From assembly GCF_004010195.1 (NCBI RefSeq), contig NC_057752.1:8018317-8082316 (forward strand): DNA of 64,000 bases. The letters are read 5' to 3'. Positions 24,430 through 38,258 of the stretch are shown piece by piece. The position numbers were made by a program, and so were the translations under genes. The DNA comes from Chiloscyllium plagiosum. Its lineage: Eukaryota. Each line of letters starts with the position of its first letter. The stretch's first letter is position 1. A model generated the notes under the pieces. That model ran no database searches. It was not told the DNA's origin and was given only the letters and a program-made list of their open reading frames with translations.

Positions 24430-24990
24430 AGCATTTGGTATAACATTATGGAAAGAAGGTCCTGACTTAAATAAATTAGCACTGTCAGTTCATACTGAGG
24501 TGGACACCAAAACAGTTGCAGAGTGATATCATCTAAAGAATGGAGTGGAAGATGAGGAAGTGGAACAACCCAAAGACCCACAGATGAAGAATGGTCAGTT
24601 GTACATCAGGTAGTGATAGCCCCCAGCTAATGAAGGGAGATATTGCAAGAAGCACGTGAAATTCCCATGGCAGGGCATGTGGAAATCTGAAAAACTCAGA
24701 TGCCCATAAACAGGCATTTTACCTGGCCAAAACTGCATGAAGGTATTGTGCAGTTTTGTAAAACATGCCATATTTGTCAAGTTGTAGGTAAACCTCAACA
24801 TGTAATTAAACCAGTGCCCCTGATTCCAACAGTGGCTTTTGAGGAACCATTCAGTCATGTACTAATGGATTGTGTTGGACCATTATCTAAAAGAAATATA
24901 TTCCTACAATTATGGATACCACCACTCGATTTCCAGAGGTTATTCCCTTAAGGACAATCAGAACTAAGGTGGTAGTGGAAAAACTAAGTT
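24430..24990 (+). mobile_element. Gypsy integrase fragment (Gmr1-like)
   Basis: HFTWPKL...FCKTCHICQVVGKP...PLIP..AFEEPFSHVLMDCVGPL, TRFPE.IPL. Confidence 0.85.
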
Positions 24991-25009
24991 TTTCACTTTT
25001 TCTCGTCTA

Positions 25010-26885
25010 CTATTGATAAGGCCTCTTCTGGAATGCTGTGTCCAGTTATAGGAAGGATATTATCAATCTGGAGAGGGTTCAGAAGACATTTACTGTACCA
25101 GCATATTACCGGGTATGGAAGGTTTGAGTTATAAAGAAAGGCTGGATAGGCTGGGACTTTTTTGACTGGAGCATAGGAGATTGAGAGATGACCCGATAGA
25201 AGTTTATCAAATCATGAGGGTGATAGACAGGGTTAATGGTAGTACCTTTTCCCTAGGATCAACGATTACTGTCCAGTGACTCTGACCTCCATGAATTGGT
25301 TCAAGAGGCTAGTCATGGTCCACATCAACTCCAGTCTCCCAGCCTGCTCCAATCCCCTGCAATTTGCCTACCGATATAACAGGTCCACAGCAGATGCCAT
25401 TTTCCTTGCCCTACACTCATCTCTGGAACATCTGGACAACAATGACACCTACATCAAACTCCTGCTCATTGACTACAGCTCCGCCTTCAACACCATGATC
25501 CCTTCCAGACTGATCTCAAAACTCTGAGATCTCGGTCTCAGCTCCAACCTCTGCAACTGGATCGTCAGCTTCCTGACCCACAGACCGCAATCAGTGAAGA
25601 TAGACAACAGCATCTCCTCCATGATAATACTCAATACTGGAGCCCCCACCAAAGGAAGTGTTCTCAGCCCCCTACTGTACTCCCTATACACCCACAACTG
25701 TGTTGCCAATTTCAGAATGAACGTTATCTACAAGTTTGCTGATGACACCACCGTTGTTGGCCGGATATCAAACAACAATGAGTCAGAATACAGGAAGGAG
25801 ATAGAGGGCTTGGTGTCATGGTGCAATGATAACAATCTCTCTCTCCCAATGTCAGCAAAACAAAAGAGCTGATCATTGACTTCAAGAAGAAAGGAGAAGG
25901 ACATGGTCCTACCTGTATCAACAGAGCTGAGGTGGAAAGGGTCGAGAGCCAACAATAACCAACCATCAGTCCTGGACTTCCCACACAGACATGATGGTCA
26001 AGAAGGCACAACAATGTCTCTGCTTCCTCAGGCAGCTTTGGAAATTTAGCAAGACCATAAGAATCCTCACCAACTTTTACATATGCACGAAAGAAAGCAT
26101 ACTATCTGGGTGCGTAATGGCCTGGTATAGAAACTATTCTGCCCAGGTCCGTAAGAAACTTCAGAAGGTGGTGTGCACAGACCAGACCATCATGGAAGCC
26201 AACCTCCCATCCATGGACTCCATTTACACTTCCCATTGCCGTGGAAAGGTTGCCAACATCATTAAAGACCCCTCCCATCCCAGTAATGCCAACCTCTTCC
26301 GTCAGGCAGAAGATACAGAAGCTTGAACACAAGTATCAAAAGGTTCAAGAACAGATTATTCTCTGATGTTATTAGCCTGCTGAATGGAACTCTCTAATTT
26401 CAAATCTAATCTTGACCTTGCTTTTGTGCACCACCTGTGCAGCCATAACCTTGTATGCCTTGCTCTGTCTAAGCAGCCTATGATCTGTATGTCCTTGCTT
26501 GTTATAATCTGCCTGTACTGCACGCAAAACAAAACTTTTCACTGTACATCGATACATGTGACAACAATAAATCAAACTGAGGCCAAGCATGGGGCATTTC
26601 AAGATTAGGGGACACATTTTTACAGTGAGAGGAGAAAGATTTAAAAAAGACATGAGGCAATTTTATTTACACAGAGGGTGGTTCACATGGGAAATGAGCT
26701 TCCTGAGGAAGTAGTGGAGGAAGTTACAATGTTTAAAAGACACTTAGATAAGCACATGAATAGGAAGGGTTTGGAGGGATATGAACCAGGGGCAGGCAGG
26801 TGGGATTAGTTTAGTTTGGATTATGTTCAGCATGGACTGGTTGGACTGAAGAATCTGTTTCTGTGCTGTATGACTCACTGACTCT
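25010..26885 (+). mobile_element. CR1 3' part split by a Rex1/Babar insertion
   Basis: CR1 C-terminal coding 25010-25255 resumes at about 26576 and ends in a gactcactgact tail. Confidence 0.8.
25258..26575 (+). mobile_element. Rex1/Babar LINE RT and 3' end
   Basis: [50 protein letters not shown]; aataaatcaaa end. Confidence 0.9.
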
Positions 26886-26889
26886 AAGT

Positions 26890-27360
26890 GAGGCATAACC
26901 AGGGTTTTGTATAATTGCAGCATAACTTTTACATCATTGTACTCCAGTTCACTAGATAGAAAGGCCAGCAATCCATTAGCTTCCTTGATTATGTTCTGCA
27001 CCTGTTGGTGATATTTTAAAGATCTATGAATCTAAACCCCCAAATCTCTTAGGGCATTCACTATATTTTAGCTTAATGCCATATAGAAAGTACCCTCATC
27101 TATCCTTTTGGTCCAAGAGACATAACCTCGCACTTGCTTACATTAAACTCCCCACCTGCCAGTTTTGCTTATTCACCTCATCTATCAATATCCCTTTGTA
27201 ATTTTATGCCATCATCTACACGGTCTACAGTGCTCCCTAACTTTGTGTCATCAGCATGTTTGAATATATTTCTATGCCATTATCCAAGTCATTAATAAAT
27301 GATGTGCATAACTGAGGCCCAAACACAGATCCTTGTGGGGCACCACTAGTCGCATTCCAC
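26890..27360 (-). mobile_element. CR1 RT fragment
   Basis: - strand GAPQGSVFGP..FINDLD, ADDTK, LYKTLVMP. Confidence 0.8.
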
Positions 27361-27370
27361 CAATTTGTCC

Positions 27371-28127
27371 TGTTGGAAACTGGCCTTGGAAATAATGCAA
27401 CTTAATTACTGATATAAGGACACTGTAAGTGAATCAGCACCAAGTTGATGAGATGCTACAGGCATCAACCTAGTTGAATGTTGAATTGGTCAATCGGGGC
27501 TAACCAGCCAAACACGAGAATGTTGATTAAAAGGAGAGGAAAAAACAGACAGCCAGTTCTGACTGGGTTTTGGCAGGATGTATTGTGATTTTTGGAAGCG
27601 TCTGGACACTGTGCTGCTCTGTTTTTCTCTTTCTCTAGTTACTTTTCAGTTGTTGAATTGTAGAATTATTGAATTTCAGTCTGTAAGAAACATGTAAATA
27701 TTTCTAGAAAGTTGCTGAAACAGTTTGTATTAACCGGTGACTTTGGAATTCAAGCAAGGTACACAGTTATATTTTCCTGTGGACAACTCATTGTTCAAGG
27801 ATTTCATTATGACCTAGTATCTATCATTTCAAACTGTTCTTCACTGGCAAATGATAATTCTGCGTGAGAGTGGGTGGTCCTGATTAAAAGAACCTTGGGC
27901 TTTAGATTGTAGATATTAATTACCTTATTTCTTGCGTGTTCTGCTAAAGTTACATTAGTAATAATAAGTTGTTTTATTTTTGCTAAAGTTACAAACTTTC
28001 CGCCCAAGACTTGTAAAGTCTGGTTGTTAGGAACAATTGGGCAAAATTTGAGGGTCATTGCATGTTTTAATTGTACATTGTGAATCAGGCTGATTTGGTT
28101 TGGCTTACTATCCCTTGGGTTGTAACA
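27371..28127 (+). mobile_element. Probable LTR
   Basis: tgttgg...gttgtaaca termini and LTR-like composition; no clear TSD. Confidence 0.45.
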
Positions 28128-28129
28128 GC

Positions 28130-28545
28130 TGCCTGGTGTGAAGTCACAATGAATCCTTCTTCCAGAACATCCCTGTGTTCACTGGCCCACATTTGCTAAG
28201 CCAAACTACTTCTCAACTTTAAAATTTTATCCTTGTTTCAAAATCCGTCCATACTGTTGCCCCTCCCTCTCTTTGCAAAATCCTCCCACCCCCGATATCT
28301 GTGCTCCTCTAATTCTCACCTCTCAATAACTCCAATTTTAATAATTCTATGATTCAAATTTGCCATCAATTCTCTCCACTTCACTTTCACTCCTTTAATA
28401 CATCTCTTAAAAAACTTGACTAAGATTTTGATCATCTGAGCTAATATCTTATGCAGCTGTGTTAAAGTTTGTTTCATAATACTCCATAGAAACCTCTTAT
28501 GTTATTCCATTTATGTTAAAAGGTGCTAGATAAATATATATTGTT
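28130..28545 (+). mobile_element. L2 3' end
   Basis: tttaaaattttatccttgtttcaaaatc...aaaggtgctagataaat. Confidence 0.6.
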
Positions 28546-28699
28546 CTTGCTACAAGTACAAGAAGAATAAACATAGAATTGACACGTAAACAATAGCTGG
28601 CCTGCTCTAACTGTGCTTTATACAACTTTGCCTCTGGTGCCTCAAGAGACATTAACACTGAAAACAAAATCAGTCTTGGCAGCGATGCAAAGTAATAAA

Positions 28700-28830
28700 C
28701 TCAGTCCAGTTATTACCTGTGACTGACAGCAGTAGAGAGTAAGCCTAGATTTTGTGCTCCAGCCTCTGGACTAGGACTTGAAGCCACAGCCATCTGACTC
28801 AGAAGAGAGTGCCACTCACTGAGCCACAGC
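28700..28830 (-). mobile_element. DeuSINE (SacSINE1-like) 5' part
   Basis: - strand gtggctcagtgagtggcactctc..tgagtcaga..ttcaagtcc..gagcacaaaatctaggct. Confidence 0.6.
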
Positions 28831-29284
28831 CAACACTGTGAGTCAATCAGTCCCTCAGTTTAAGGCCACCTGATCCACCCAAATAAACACCAAGTGCCAA
28901 TCCCAGTAACTACATCCTGGGCCCTCTCAATTACACAGTGGCACTTATTGCTGAATGTATAAAAATGCAAGGCAGGACACAAAAGCAGTAGTAGTGCATG
29001 TCCCCAAGAAGTCCAGTATTGTTCAAATTCGTTTTAACTTTGATGACAAGTGACACAACGAAAGCCGTGCTTCATGGTATGTACTGGTCTGGTGATAAGA
29101 ATTTTGTCGTTTTCGTTTGCTGAAATTGGAGGAAAACATCATCAAGCTTGTGGAGGGAGCAGGTGGTGGCGGCGGTAGATAATTCTTTTAGTTCTGATTC
29201 ATGGCTCTTAGTCTTGTACAAAAGGGACGTAGTTGCATCTGTCATGCTACTGGCTGACTTTCTACTACTGTACATATTTTGCCT

Positions 29285-29642
29285 TTATTCATTCACAGAA
29301 TGAGGGTGTCGCTGGCTAGGGCAGCATTTATTACCAATTCCTAATTGCCCAGAGAACAGTTAAGAGGCAACCACATTGCTGTGGGTCTGGAGTCACATGT
29401 AAGCCAGACCGGGTAAGGATGGCAGATTTCTTTCCCTAAAGAAGATTAGTGAACCAGATGGGGTTTTTTTTCCAACAATTGGCAGTGGATTTATAATAGT
29501 CATTAGATTCTTTATTACAGATATTTGTTGAATTCAAATTCCACCATCTGCCATGGCCGGATTCAAACCCAGGTCCCAGAACATTATCTGGGTCTCGGGA
29601 TTAACAGTCCAACGATAATACCACAAAGCCATCGACTCCCCA
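29285..29642 (-). mobile_element. Bipartite SINE: tRNA-like head/5' UTR joined to 3' tail of the CR1-group LINE
   Basis: Head homologous to 4716-4970, followed directly by gggcaattagg..aataaatgctgcc..gaatgaataaa. Confidence 0.8.
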
Positions 29643-29744
29643 CAGTACTTTGGAAGCACTGCAGTTCAGTCAAGATGCTCAGCCAAAGTCCGTGTGCCCT
29701 CTTTTCTGGGTACAAATGGCCTGGCCAATATTTATTTCTCAAAC

Positions 29745-29910
29745 ATCAACACTATATTGGATTATCTAGTTAGTCCTATCTGTGGGAACTTGCTGTATGC
29801 AAATTAGATGCTGCATTTCCTTTATTACAATAGTGACTACATTTCTTCATCGGCTGGCAAATGCTTTTGAACATCCTGAGGCCATAAAAGACACTGTATA
29901 AATACAAGTT
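29745..29910 (+). mobile_element. DeuSINE (SacSINE1-like) 3' part
   Basis: tgtgggaacttgctgtatgcaaatt...gtgactacatttc...tataaatacaag. Confidence 0.6.
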
Positions 29911-29998
29911 TTTTTATCAGTGGCTATGCTGATGGACTACTGACCCAACAAGTTCAAATTCTATTATAGCATGATGTCACACTGAACAGCAGTAGAGA

Positions 29999-30313
29999 GG
30001 GTGGCACGGTGGCTCAGTGGTTAGCATTGCTGCCTCACAGCACCAGGGACCCAGGTTTGATTCCAGACTCGGGCGACTGTCTTTGTGGAGTTTGCACGTT
30101 CTCCCCGTGTCTGCATGGGTTTCCTCCGGGTGCTCCGGTTTCCTCCAACTGTCCAAAGATGTGCTGGTCAGGTGAATTGGCCATGCTACATTGCCCATAG
30201 TGTTAGGTGCATTAGTCAGAGGGAAATGGGTCTGGATGGGTTACTCTTCAGAGGGTCGGTGTGGACTGGTTGGGCCAAAGTGCCTGTTTCCACACTGTAG
30301 GGAATCTAATCTA
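29999..30313 (+). mobile_element. HE1-type SINE
   Basis: ggcacggtggctcagtggttagc head; V-domain; gggaatctaatctaa tail. Confidence 0.9.
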
Positions 30314-31497
30314 AATCTGATTATTCTGATGCCATCCCACAAATTATGACCATGACTGCTGCAAGGCTGACAATAAGAATCTAAACAGCTCTACTTGTAA
30401 TGCCAAACGACACTATACAAGTGGTTTTAATGCCCTCTGAGAAACTAAGGCAAAGCAATAAATGTAGAATTTAAAAAGAAACCTTCTGGAAGATTACTCA
30501 ATTCTTCTGCACTGAATTGGGCTTCCTATAAGTTCTGATATTCACATCGAGGGATGTTGCTGAGAGGCTGTGGTCCTGGAAATTAAAGCATCCTATGGGT
30601 TACATCCCACCACAGTAACAGATCTGTAATATCTGGGGTGACTGCAAAAAAATTGAAGATTCCCACACTTACAGTATTGCAGCACATAACTGCTTCCAAG
30701 CAACAAGTCTACAGTTTCACAACTGATTGACAAATCACCCCTCAGCACTGAAGTTTCACTTCTGAACATAAATATGAAAGGGTCTATTATTAAAATGTTG
30801 AAGTGCACAACCTTCAGGTGAGCCAAGCTAAAAAACTAGTGCGAACATATTCTGTGCTAAACAAAATGGCTGTTTATTCAACAAAGCAAACTGTATCTGT
30901 GTTATTTTGATATCTTCTGATGCTCTACATTTGTTCTTTATGATTTGAGAAGGCTGTTTGCAATTATATATCTTTCAAAGGGCATTCCCTTCTCCACCCT
31001 GACCTGCAAGCTTTAAATTTCCTCTACTCAGCATCTTGCGGAGAATCTTGGACATGTCACTGCAGACAGTACTTTTTTCTGGTTCTGTCAGTGACTTGTT
31101 CAGAATCACAGAAAATTTGTTGTTATTCTGGTGTATAATTATTAAAGCTAATGACTACCTTATCTATTACTTAATCAACAAAACACAAAGTTTACAGTTA
31201 ATTAATCTTGGCTAACAGGCCCACCTCATTAAATTATACCAATTAACTCAGGTAATGAGCTGAACAAAAACATGTTTAATCAATTTATTAATTGGATTTC
31301 TACAGGGACTATAGTGGTTCAAGACAGTGGCTTACCACCAAATTTTCAAAGATAATTAGGGGTCGGCAATAAATGTCAGTAATGTGCACATCTTAGAATA
31401 AACGTAAAAATCTCTTGTTCCCAGAACCAAAGGTTCCTAAAATTGCTTTATCTTTTCTCATCAACTTTCTCTGTTAATTATTTTCTTCACTCCAATT

Positions 31498-32398
31498 ACA
31501 GGTGTAGTGGAAAGTAAAGAAGATTACATCATATTACAACAGGATCTTGATCAGATGGGCCAAAGGGCTGAGGAGTGACAGATGGGAGTTTAATTTAGAT
31601 AAATGTGAGGTGCTGCATTTTGGAAAGGCAAATCAGGGCATGATTTAATGGTAAGGTGCTGGGGAAAGTTGCTGAATAAAGAGACCTTAGAGTGCAGGTT
31701 CATAGCTCCTTGAAATTGGAGTCGCAAGTAGATAGGATAGTGAAGAAGGCATTTTGGTATGCTCTCCTTTTTTGGTCAGAGTATTGAGTACATGAGTTGG
31801 GAAGTCATGTTACAGCTGTACAGGATATTGGTTTGGCCACTTCTGGAATATTGTGTGCAATTCTGGTCTCCTTCCTTTCGGAAGGATGTTCTGAAACTTG
31901 AAAGGGTTCAGAAAAGATTTACAAGGATGTCGCCAGGGTTGCAGTATTTGAGCTATAGGGAGAGGCTGAATAGGATGGGGTTGTTTTCCCTGGAGCATCA
32001 GAAGGTGAGGGGTGACCATGCAGAGATTTATAAAATCATGAGGGGCATGAATAGGTTAAATAGACAAGATTTTTTTTCCCTGGGTAGGGGAGTCCAGAAC
32101 TAGAGGGCATAGATTTAGGGTGAGGGGTGAAAAATTTAAAATTGACCTAAGGGGCAACTTTTTCACGCAGAGGGTGGTGCGTGTATGGAATGAGCTGCCA
32201 GAGGAAGTGGCGGAGGATGGTACAATTACAGCATTTAAAAGGCATCTGGATGGGTACATGAATAGAGGGAGAGGGTTAGAGGGAGATGGACCAAGTGCTG
32301 CCAAATGGGACTAGATCAGGTTAGGATATCTGGTTGGCATGGACAAGTTAGAGCAAAGGGTCTGTTTCTGTGCTGTCCAGCTTTATGACAATATGACA
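31498..32398 (+). mobile_element. 5'-truncated CR1 (HER1-like)
   Basis: ORFs 31759-32103 and 32120-32314 are the CR1 ORF2 C-terminus. Confidence 0.9.
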
Positions 32399-33094
32399 CT
32401 CCTAAAGCTAGTGACTTGTTTCAGAACTGTTTCACAATGCTATACAGCCTCTGGTTCGCCAAGTGTGATTTCATGAGTGAGAGAATCTCAGTAGTGAGTG
32501 TGGGTATGCTATTCTGCAATTACTCAATTTTGAGGCCACCAGATTCTGACTGCACCAGATGCTCATGCACACATACGTCCAGCAGGACGACAATCAGGAA
32601 TCAGAACCGTGGCCAATATGTCCCTTGCATTACCTCAGGGCTGCAAAGGATAATTGTCATAACCTGCTGAGATTAGTTAACAATGCAGATCCAGGTTCAA
32701 GATGTTTTGGAACTGTACGGTCCAACCATTCACTTGTTAAACTCAGCCACTGGGGGAAGCTGGTCCCTAATGCCTGTCATTTATTCGAATGCTCTATAGG
32801 AAAGACTTTTTTGTATACTGGCTGTGAATAAACATATGGGTTTCCTATTTGGGTCTCATGCAAATATACAAGAGGCCACAATTGGAGGACTACAGATCTC
32901 TTGAAAAATTGGGGAAAGCTTACTGAGACTTTTTTTGGGAGGGGGAGGAGGAGGGAAAGTGATGAAGAGAAAGGCCACAGATTGACTTTAAAACAAAGGT
33001 GAAAATTTTAAAGTATAAGAAGTTGCTTGATCAGAAGTCAATGTATGTCAGCAAGCATAGGGGTAATAGATGAATGGGACTTCAAGTGAACTTG

Positions 33095-33531
33095 GACATG
33101 GGTAAGAGGAATGGTCAACGTGAGGTCAGGTCCAGTGACGGATAGAATCTGGGTAGGTGTGACAGTCCTAACAAGCATGTGCACCATTTGAAAGCTGCAA
33201 ATTTTCAAACAGTGTGGGAGAAAAACATGCCCAACTCCTCATTAGCCTTTATGACTGTTCCTGAACCTATGGGTACTCCCTCTTCATCAACCATTGAAGA
33301 TACCTCAGAATCTGAGGTGAACATGGCAGGTGTCACTGCCTCAATGCCTTTGTCACCTGAAGAGGAGAATTTATTTCTTCCAAGATGCTCCTCGTGCAAG
33401 GGGTGAGCTGTGTGTAACACGTCACCCATATCAGAAACAGAGGCAGAGGAACCTGACCCGGTGTTAAAATGCCCCAGGAGGAGCTCCAAAAAACAGAACC
33501 AGCCTATGTCTTTGGACTTAGAGGGGAGGAC
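33095..33531 (+). mobile_element. Gypsy 3' internal region (integrase C-term) with PPT
   Basis: W.RGMV..RSGPVT, KHVHHLK; purine tract agaggggagga 33520-33530. Confidence 0.75.
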
Positions 33532-33766
33532 TGTAGTGATTGTAATGATGTGGGTCAGGTGGACCTCATAAAATATGAGTTCCCTGATTGGACCAGATTA
33601 ACAGCCCCAATCAGGGAGCCCTGGCTGACAGATATAAAAGGAAGGTCAGAGGTTCTGTTCACTCTGAGAGCTGGCTCTGAGGGAGCTGGATCGGTGCCAA
33701 TGACTCTCCATGTGTAAATAAAGGGTGATTTGGTGATAGCATACTGGCCTCTGTGGAGCTATTTTA
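33532..33766 (+). mobile_element. Gypsy 3' LTR
   Basis: Starts TGTAGT one base after the PPT; tataaaa and aataaa present. Confidence 0.8.
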
Positions 33767-33779
33767 ATTAGCAAATATG

Positions 33780-34165
33780 TAAGCACAAAACTGTGTTTTT
33801 GGATGGAGTTGCCAATAGTTAGCATGTAGATGAGCCTTGGATGAGACCAAAGATACATCTTTAAGGGACACTAGAGATTATAGTGCAGAAGCAGCAATAA
33901 AAACCACTGATAATGATTCTCTGGCTACTACGTTGGTAAGAATGAATCCACGCAAGTCAGTCCCAGGTAGCTCTGTGACAGTGGAAAGCTGTTGGAGAAG
34001 GATGGCATCATCATTTGTGTCCAAGGCTGCAGGCAGGTCAAGAAGGATAAGCTGGGGCAGTTCATGATCACAACAGTCACATAGGATACCAGCAGCTTTT
34101 ACATGAAAAAAACTGGAAGCATATAAGCCAATCTCTGTTAAAAAGATTACATTCTCAAAATTGGC
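33780..34165 (-). mobile_element. L2 RT fragment
   Basis: LILLDLPAALDTNDDAILLQQL (L2 LLDLSAAFDT motif). Confidence 0.7.
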
Positions 34166-35159
34166 CACTCAGGCAAATACTTGAAACATAGCCAATGCCT
34201 GAACCATAAAGGGGTAAGTCTGACCATGAGCTATGTTAATCAGACAGTACTGTGATAAAAGGTGCATAATTTATAATTATCATTTTTTGGAATTGGACTT
34301 CAAAATAGAGGCAGATGGGTGTTGATTATTTTTGTCAATGTTTTCTTTTTTAAAAAGTCAGAGTTCTGACAAAACAGTGACAAAATCCAGCACTTTGTTA
34401 AAGCAAGTGACTACAGAACCCCTATGGTGTTGATGAAAAGAGATTTGTATTGTTGGGCTTACACCAGATAGGGTAAACGTATCAGGCCATCAGTTTTGTT
34501 TTCATTTTTTAGAAGAATCTGGGATAAGCAAGTGTTTAAATTCAGATCAGATGTCACCAGGATTGAGTTTAGAAGTTTAGTTTCTCCACAAGAATGATTC
34601 AGGGCAGTTCAGGAAACACATCACCTGAGCAGAAGGGTTTAATTGGTGAAGTTACCAAACCAGGAGAGTTTAGTTAGAAATCTACAGATTATTAGAACTG
34701 AAAATGTTTAGGCTCTCTGATGTATGGAAACATTCATGTCGCCATATTTGGAAAGGATGCATCAAATTGTCTCCACAGCCCAAGGCAATAAAAACTGAAA
34801 GGAGTTAGGGGTCTGTTTCCATGCTGTACACCTCTATAACTCTATAAATAAGCAGAAACTTGAAATAGTGGTGTGATTTCTCCAGACTTGAGTTTCTGTA
34901 ATGGATAGTGTCAGGAAACAGTTTGAGACTGTTTTCATTGTGTTTTAAGATGATTATAATGGTCTTCTATATTTAGATAGCTTGCTTTTTTAATTTCTTC
35001 TTTTCCATGTTCAGCTGTTAAAGTTAACTGCAGCTGTGTGTGACTATGTCTCAGTGATGAATCGCAACATTAACTGACTTAAAAATAATAAACCTATGAT
35101 CTATCAAGTCAGATTTTATTCTGACTTCTCCAGTAGTATACAGTATACATCTTCACAAT

Positions 35160-35600
35160 AAGGGATGGAATACTGTCCACCTGCTTGGATGAGTGCTGCT
35201 CCACCATCACTCAAGAATCTTCACACCATCCAGAATAAAGCAATCCACTTTTATTGGTACTCCACCCTACCATCTTCAAAATTCACTCCTTCCACCACAG
35301 ACACACAGGGACAGTAGTGTGTCCCAGCTATAAAAAAATCTATTGCAGCAACTCACCAAAGCTCCATTGACAGCACCTTCCAAAACTGGAACCTCCACCA
35401 AGGACCAAAGCAGAAGATACTTGGGGGCACCAATACCCACAAGTTCTCCTCCAAGTCACACATTATCCGGAGCTGGAACTATATCACTATTCCTTCATTT
35501 TTACAGAGTTAAATTCCTGAAATACTCTTCCTAACAACACCATAGGCAGCTTGCCAACACCTTTTCAAGGGCATTTCAGGATCAGCAATGAAATGACATG
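35160..35600 (+). mobile_element. CR1-group LINE 3' end
   Basis: Homologous to 2720-3205. Confidence 0.75.
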
Positions 35601-35644
35601 ACATACGACAATATTACAATTTAGATGTTTGGCTTCTAAAGTGA

Positions 35645-35740
35645 CATTCGTCTTGAAGGGCTTATGCCCGAAACATCAACTCTCCAGCTCTTCAGATGCT
35701 GCCTGACCTGCTGTGCTTTTCCAGTGCCACGCTTTACAAA
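35645..35740 (+). mobile_element. PLE family A terminal fragment
   Basis: gaagggcttatgcccgaaacatc...gatgctgcctgacctgctgtgc. Confidence 0.7.
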
Positions 35741-35804
35741 TCCAAAGTAGAACTACCACATATAGCTTTAAGTTTGATTTGTATTTTCAAATTGTGTGTT
35801 AAGA

Positions 35805-36920
35805 AGGGGAGATAAAGATGCAAGGTGTTATGGGCAATGTGTTAGCATGGATAGAGGATTGGTTGACTAAAAGGAAGCAAAGCGTGGGGATAAATGAGTA
35901 CTATTCTGGTTGGCAATCAGTGACAAGTGGTGTGCCTCAGGGATCAGTGTTGTGGCCGCAATTATACACAATTTACATTGATTATTTGGAGTTGGGGACC
36001 ATGTGTAGTGTTTCTAAGCTTGCGGACGACACCAAGATGAGTGGTAGAGCAAAGTGTGTAGAGGACTGTGAAACTTTGTGAAGGGACATAAATAGTTTAA
36101 GTGAGTGGGTGAAGGTCTGGCAGATGGAGTACAATGTTAATAAATGTGAAGTCATCCATTTCAGTAGGAATAACAGTAAAAAGGACTATTATTTGAATGG
36201 TAAAAAATGGCAGCAGAGGGACCAGGGTGTCCTTGTGCATGAATTACAGAAGGTTGGTCTGCAGGTGCAACAAGTAATTAAGAAGGCACATGGCATTTTG
36301 TCTTTCATTACTAAAGGAATTGAATTTAAAAGCAGGGAAGTTATATTGCAGCTGTATAGGATGCTGGTGAGGCCAGAGCTGGAGTACTGCGTGCAGTTTT
36401 GGTCTCCTTACTTGAGAAAGGACATACTGGCACTGGAGGGGGTGCAGGGAAGGTTCATTCAGTTCATTCCGGAGTTGAGGGGGTTGGCTTATGAGGAAAG
36501 ACTGAGTAGACTGGGATTATATTCATTGAATTTAGAAGAATGAGGTGGCATCTGATAGAAATATATAAAATTATGAAGGGAATAAATAAGATAGAAGTAG
36601 AGGGGATGTTTCCACTGGCGGTTGAAGCTAGGACAAGATGGGGGAGCAGATTTAGGACCAAATTGAGAAGGAACCTCTTCACCCAGAGGGTTGTGAATCT
36701 GTGGAATAACCTGCCCAGTGAAGTGGTTGAGGCTTAATCAGTAAATGCTTTCAAAGCTAAGATAGATTTTTTTTTGAACAGTAAAGGAATCAAAGGTAAT
36801 GATGAGAGGATGGGTAAATGGAGCTGAGGCCACGAAAAGATCAGCCATGATCTTATTGAATGGTGGATCAGACTCGAAGAGCCAGATGGACTATTCCTAG
36901 TTCTTAAGTTACATAGCTTT
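35805..36920 (+). mobile_element. CR1 RT and 3' end
   Basis: SGVPQGSVL, ADDTK, LVRPELEYCVQFWSP. Confidence 0.9.
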
Positions 36921-36949
36921 AGTTTCATTTTAGGTTTGTTCTAAGAGTG

Positions 36950-37643
36950 GTGAAACAGTGTCTGAACTTTACTGATACATGCAATTCAATGAGGGTTTAC
37001 AGATTTGGAGTCGACTTTGAGGTGAACAGTTCAGTGCATTAAGAAAAAAAAGCATAGAAGAGAAAAAAAAATGCTGCTGCTTAGCACCAGTATTCCAGAA
37101 AGACAGAGCTGTCCAGAAGGTCAGGCAGTGTGCATAGTTTCTGTCAGAGCAAAAGGCTCTGTTATTGTAGCAGTGTCCAGAAAGTCTTGAGTGACTTTGA
37201 GGAAAACTCCAGAAGCAGAAAACTTTTGGAAGCTGGGGGTATGGAAAATCTATGTGGTTGCTCTGAAAATGTTCAGAAGTTAGCAAGAAAGGCTCCAAAA
37301 CCAATAATAGCTATTCCAACTTAACAAGCGGAGACCTTTCACTGAGGTTTGGATATCTACAAGGTTGTTGTTAAGGGTAAGAGTTAAACTTTTGTTCCTG
37401 ACATTTGCAATGAAATTTTTTCAGATATTTCTTATTGAGTGTAAAATAGGTATTTCTTTTCCCTTCAGTGTGTAATAAACTTCAATGCTCTTTTATTAAA
37501 AGTATATTGACACCCTCTAATTAATAAGTTCAGTAACTGATCACCATAGTAAATAGATACCAAAAATAAAATGTATGATCTATCAAACCAGGTCTCAATC
37601 TGGGATCAGACTCGTCCCACATACAATCAATTGGTATCATAAC
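36950..37643 (+). mobile_element. Probable LTR (related to 34430-35150)
   Basis: aataaa, shared atgatctatcaa motif, ends atcataaca. Confidence 0.45.
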
Positions 37644-38060
37644 ATGTGAACAAACAAAAAGTGGAATGCTATGTCACATGACCTTGCTATGTCTTACAGC
37701 CTCATAGGAAGATTAGACACAGCAAGATGTTCCTTAAGTCAGATTAGTGTTTTCCTTACCTTAACTAAATAATCTGTAGCAACACAACTAGATTAAGGAA
37801 TATTATAATACTTTACTCAACTCTGCATACCAAATTCATGTTGTGGCAAGCAATTCTTAGTGACAAGATTTGAACATTAACATCTCTTCTCTATTAATTC
37901 CAGGGAATTTAACATCTGCTTTAACTTTTAGTAGCACAATATGGTTTCACCAATAATTCAGAGCTACAATAAAATATTTTAATAACTAGGCTTGATCCAT
38001 CTTCCCATATTAACTAGAAAGCAACAGATTCTTTCATACCTGATTGGCTGATAATTGACT

Positions 38061-38258
38061 CTGGGAGTGTATTGCTGGAAAAGTACAGCAGTCAGGCAGC
38101 ATCCGAGGAGCAGGAAAATCGACGTTTTGGGCCAGAGCCCACATTCTGATGAAGGGCTCTGGCCCAAAACATCAATTTTCCTGCTCCTTGGATGCTGCCT
38201 GACCTGCTGTACTTTTCCAGCAATACACTCTCAACTCTGATCTCCAGCTCACTGTCTC
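38061..38258. mobile_element. Palindromic PLE family A insertion with TSD
   Basis: Inverted arms around 38141; ctgataattgact at 38048-38060 and 38259-38271; HHR core with G12 mutated. Confidence 0.85.

Noticed and set aside
30495..30590. Possible - strand exon (ctttaatttccag ... gtaat)
   Set aside because: All three frames hit stops or give nothing recognisable; weak donor
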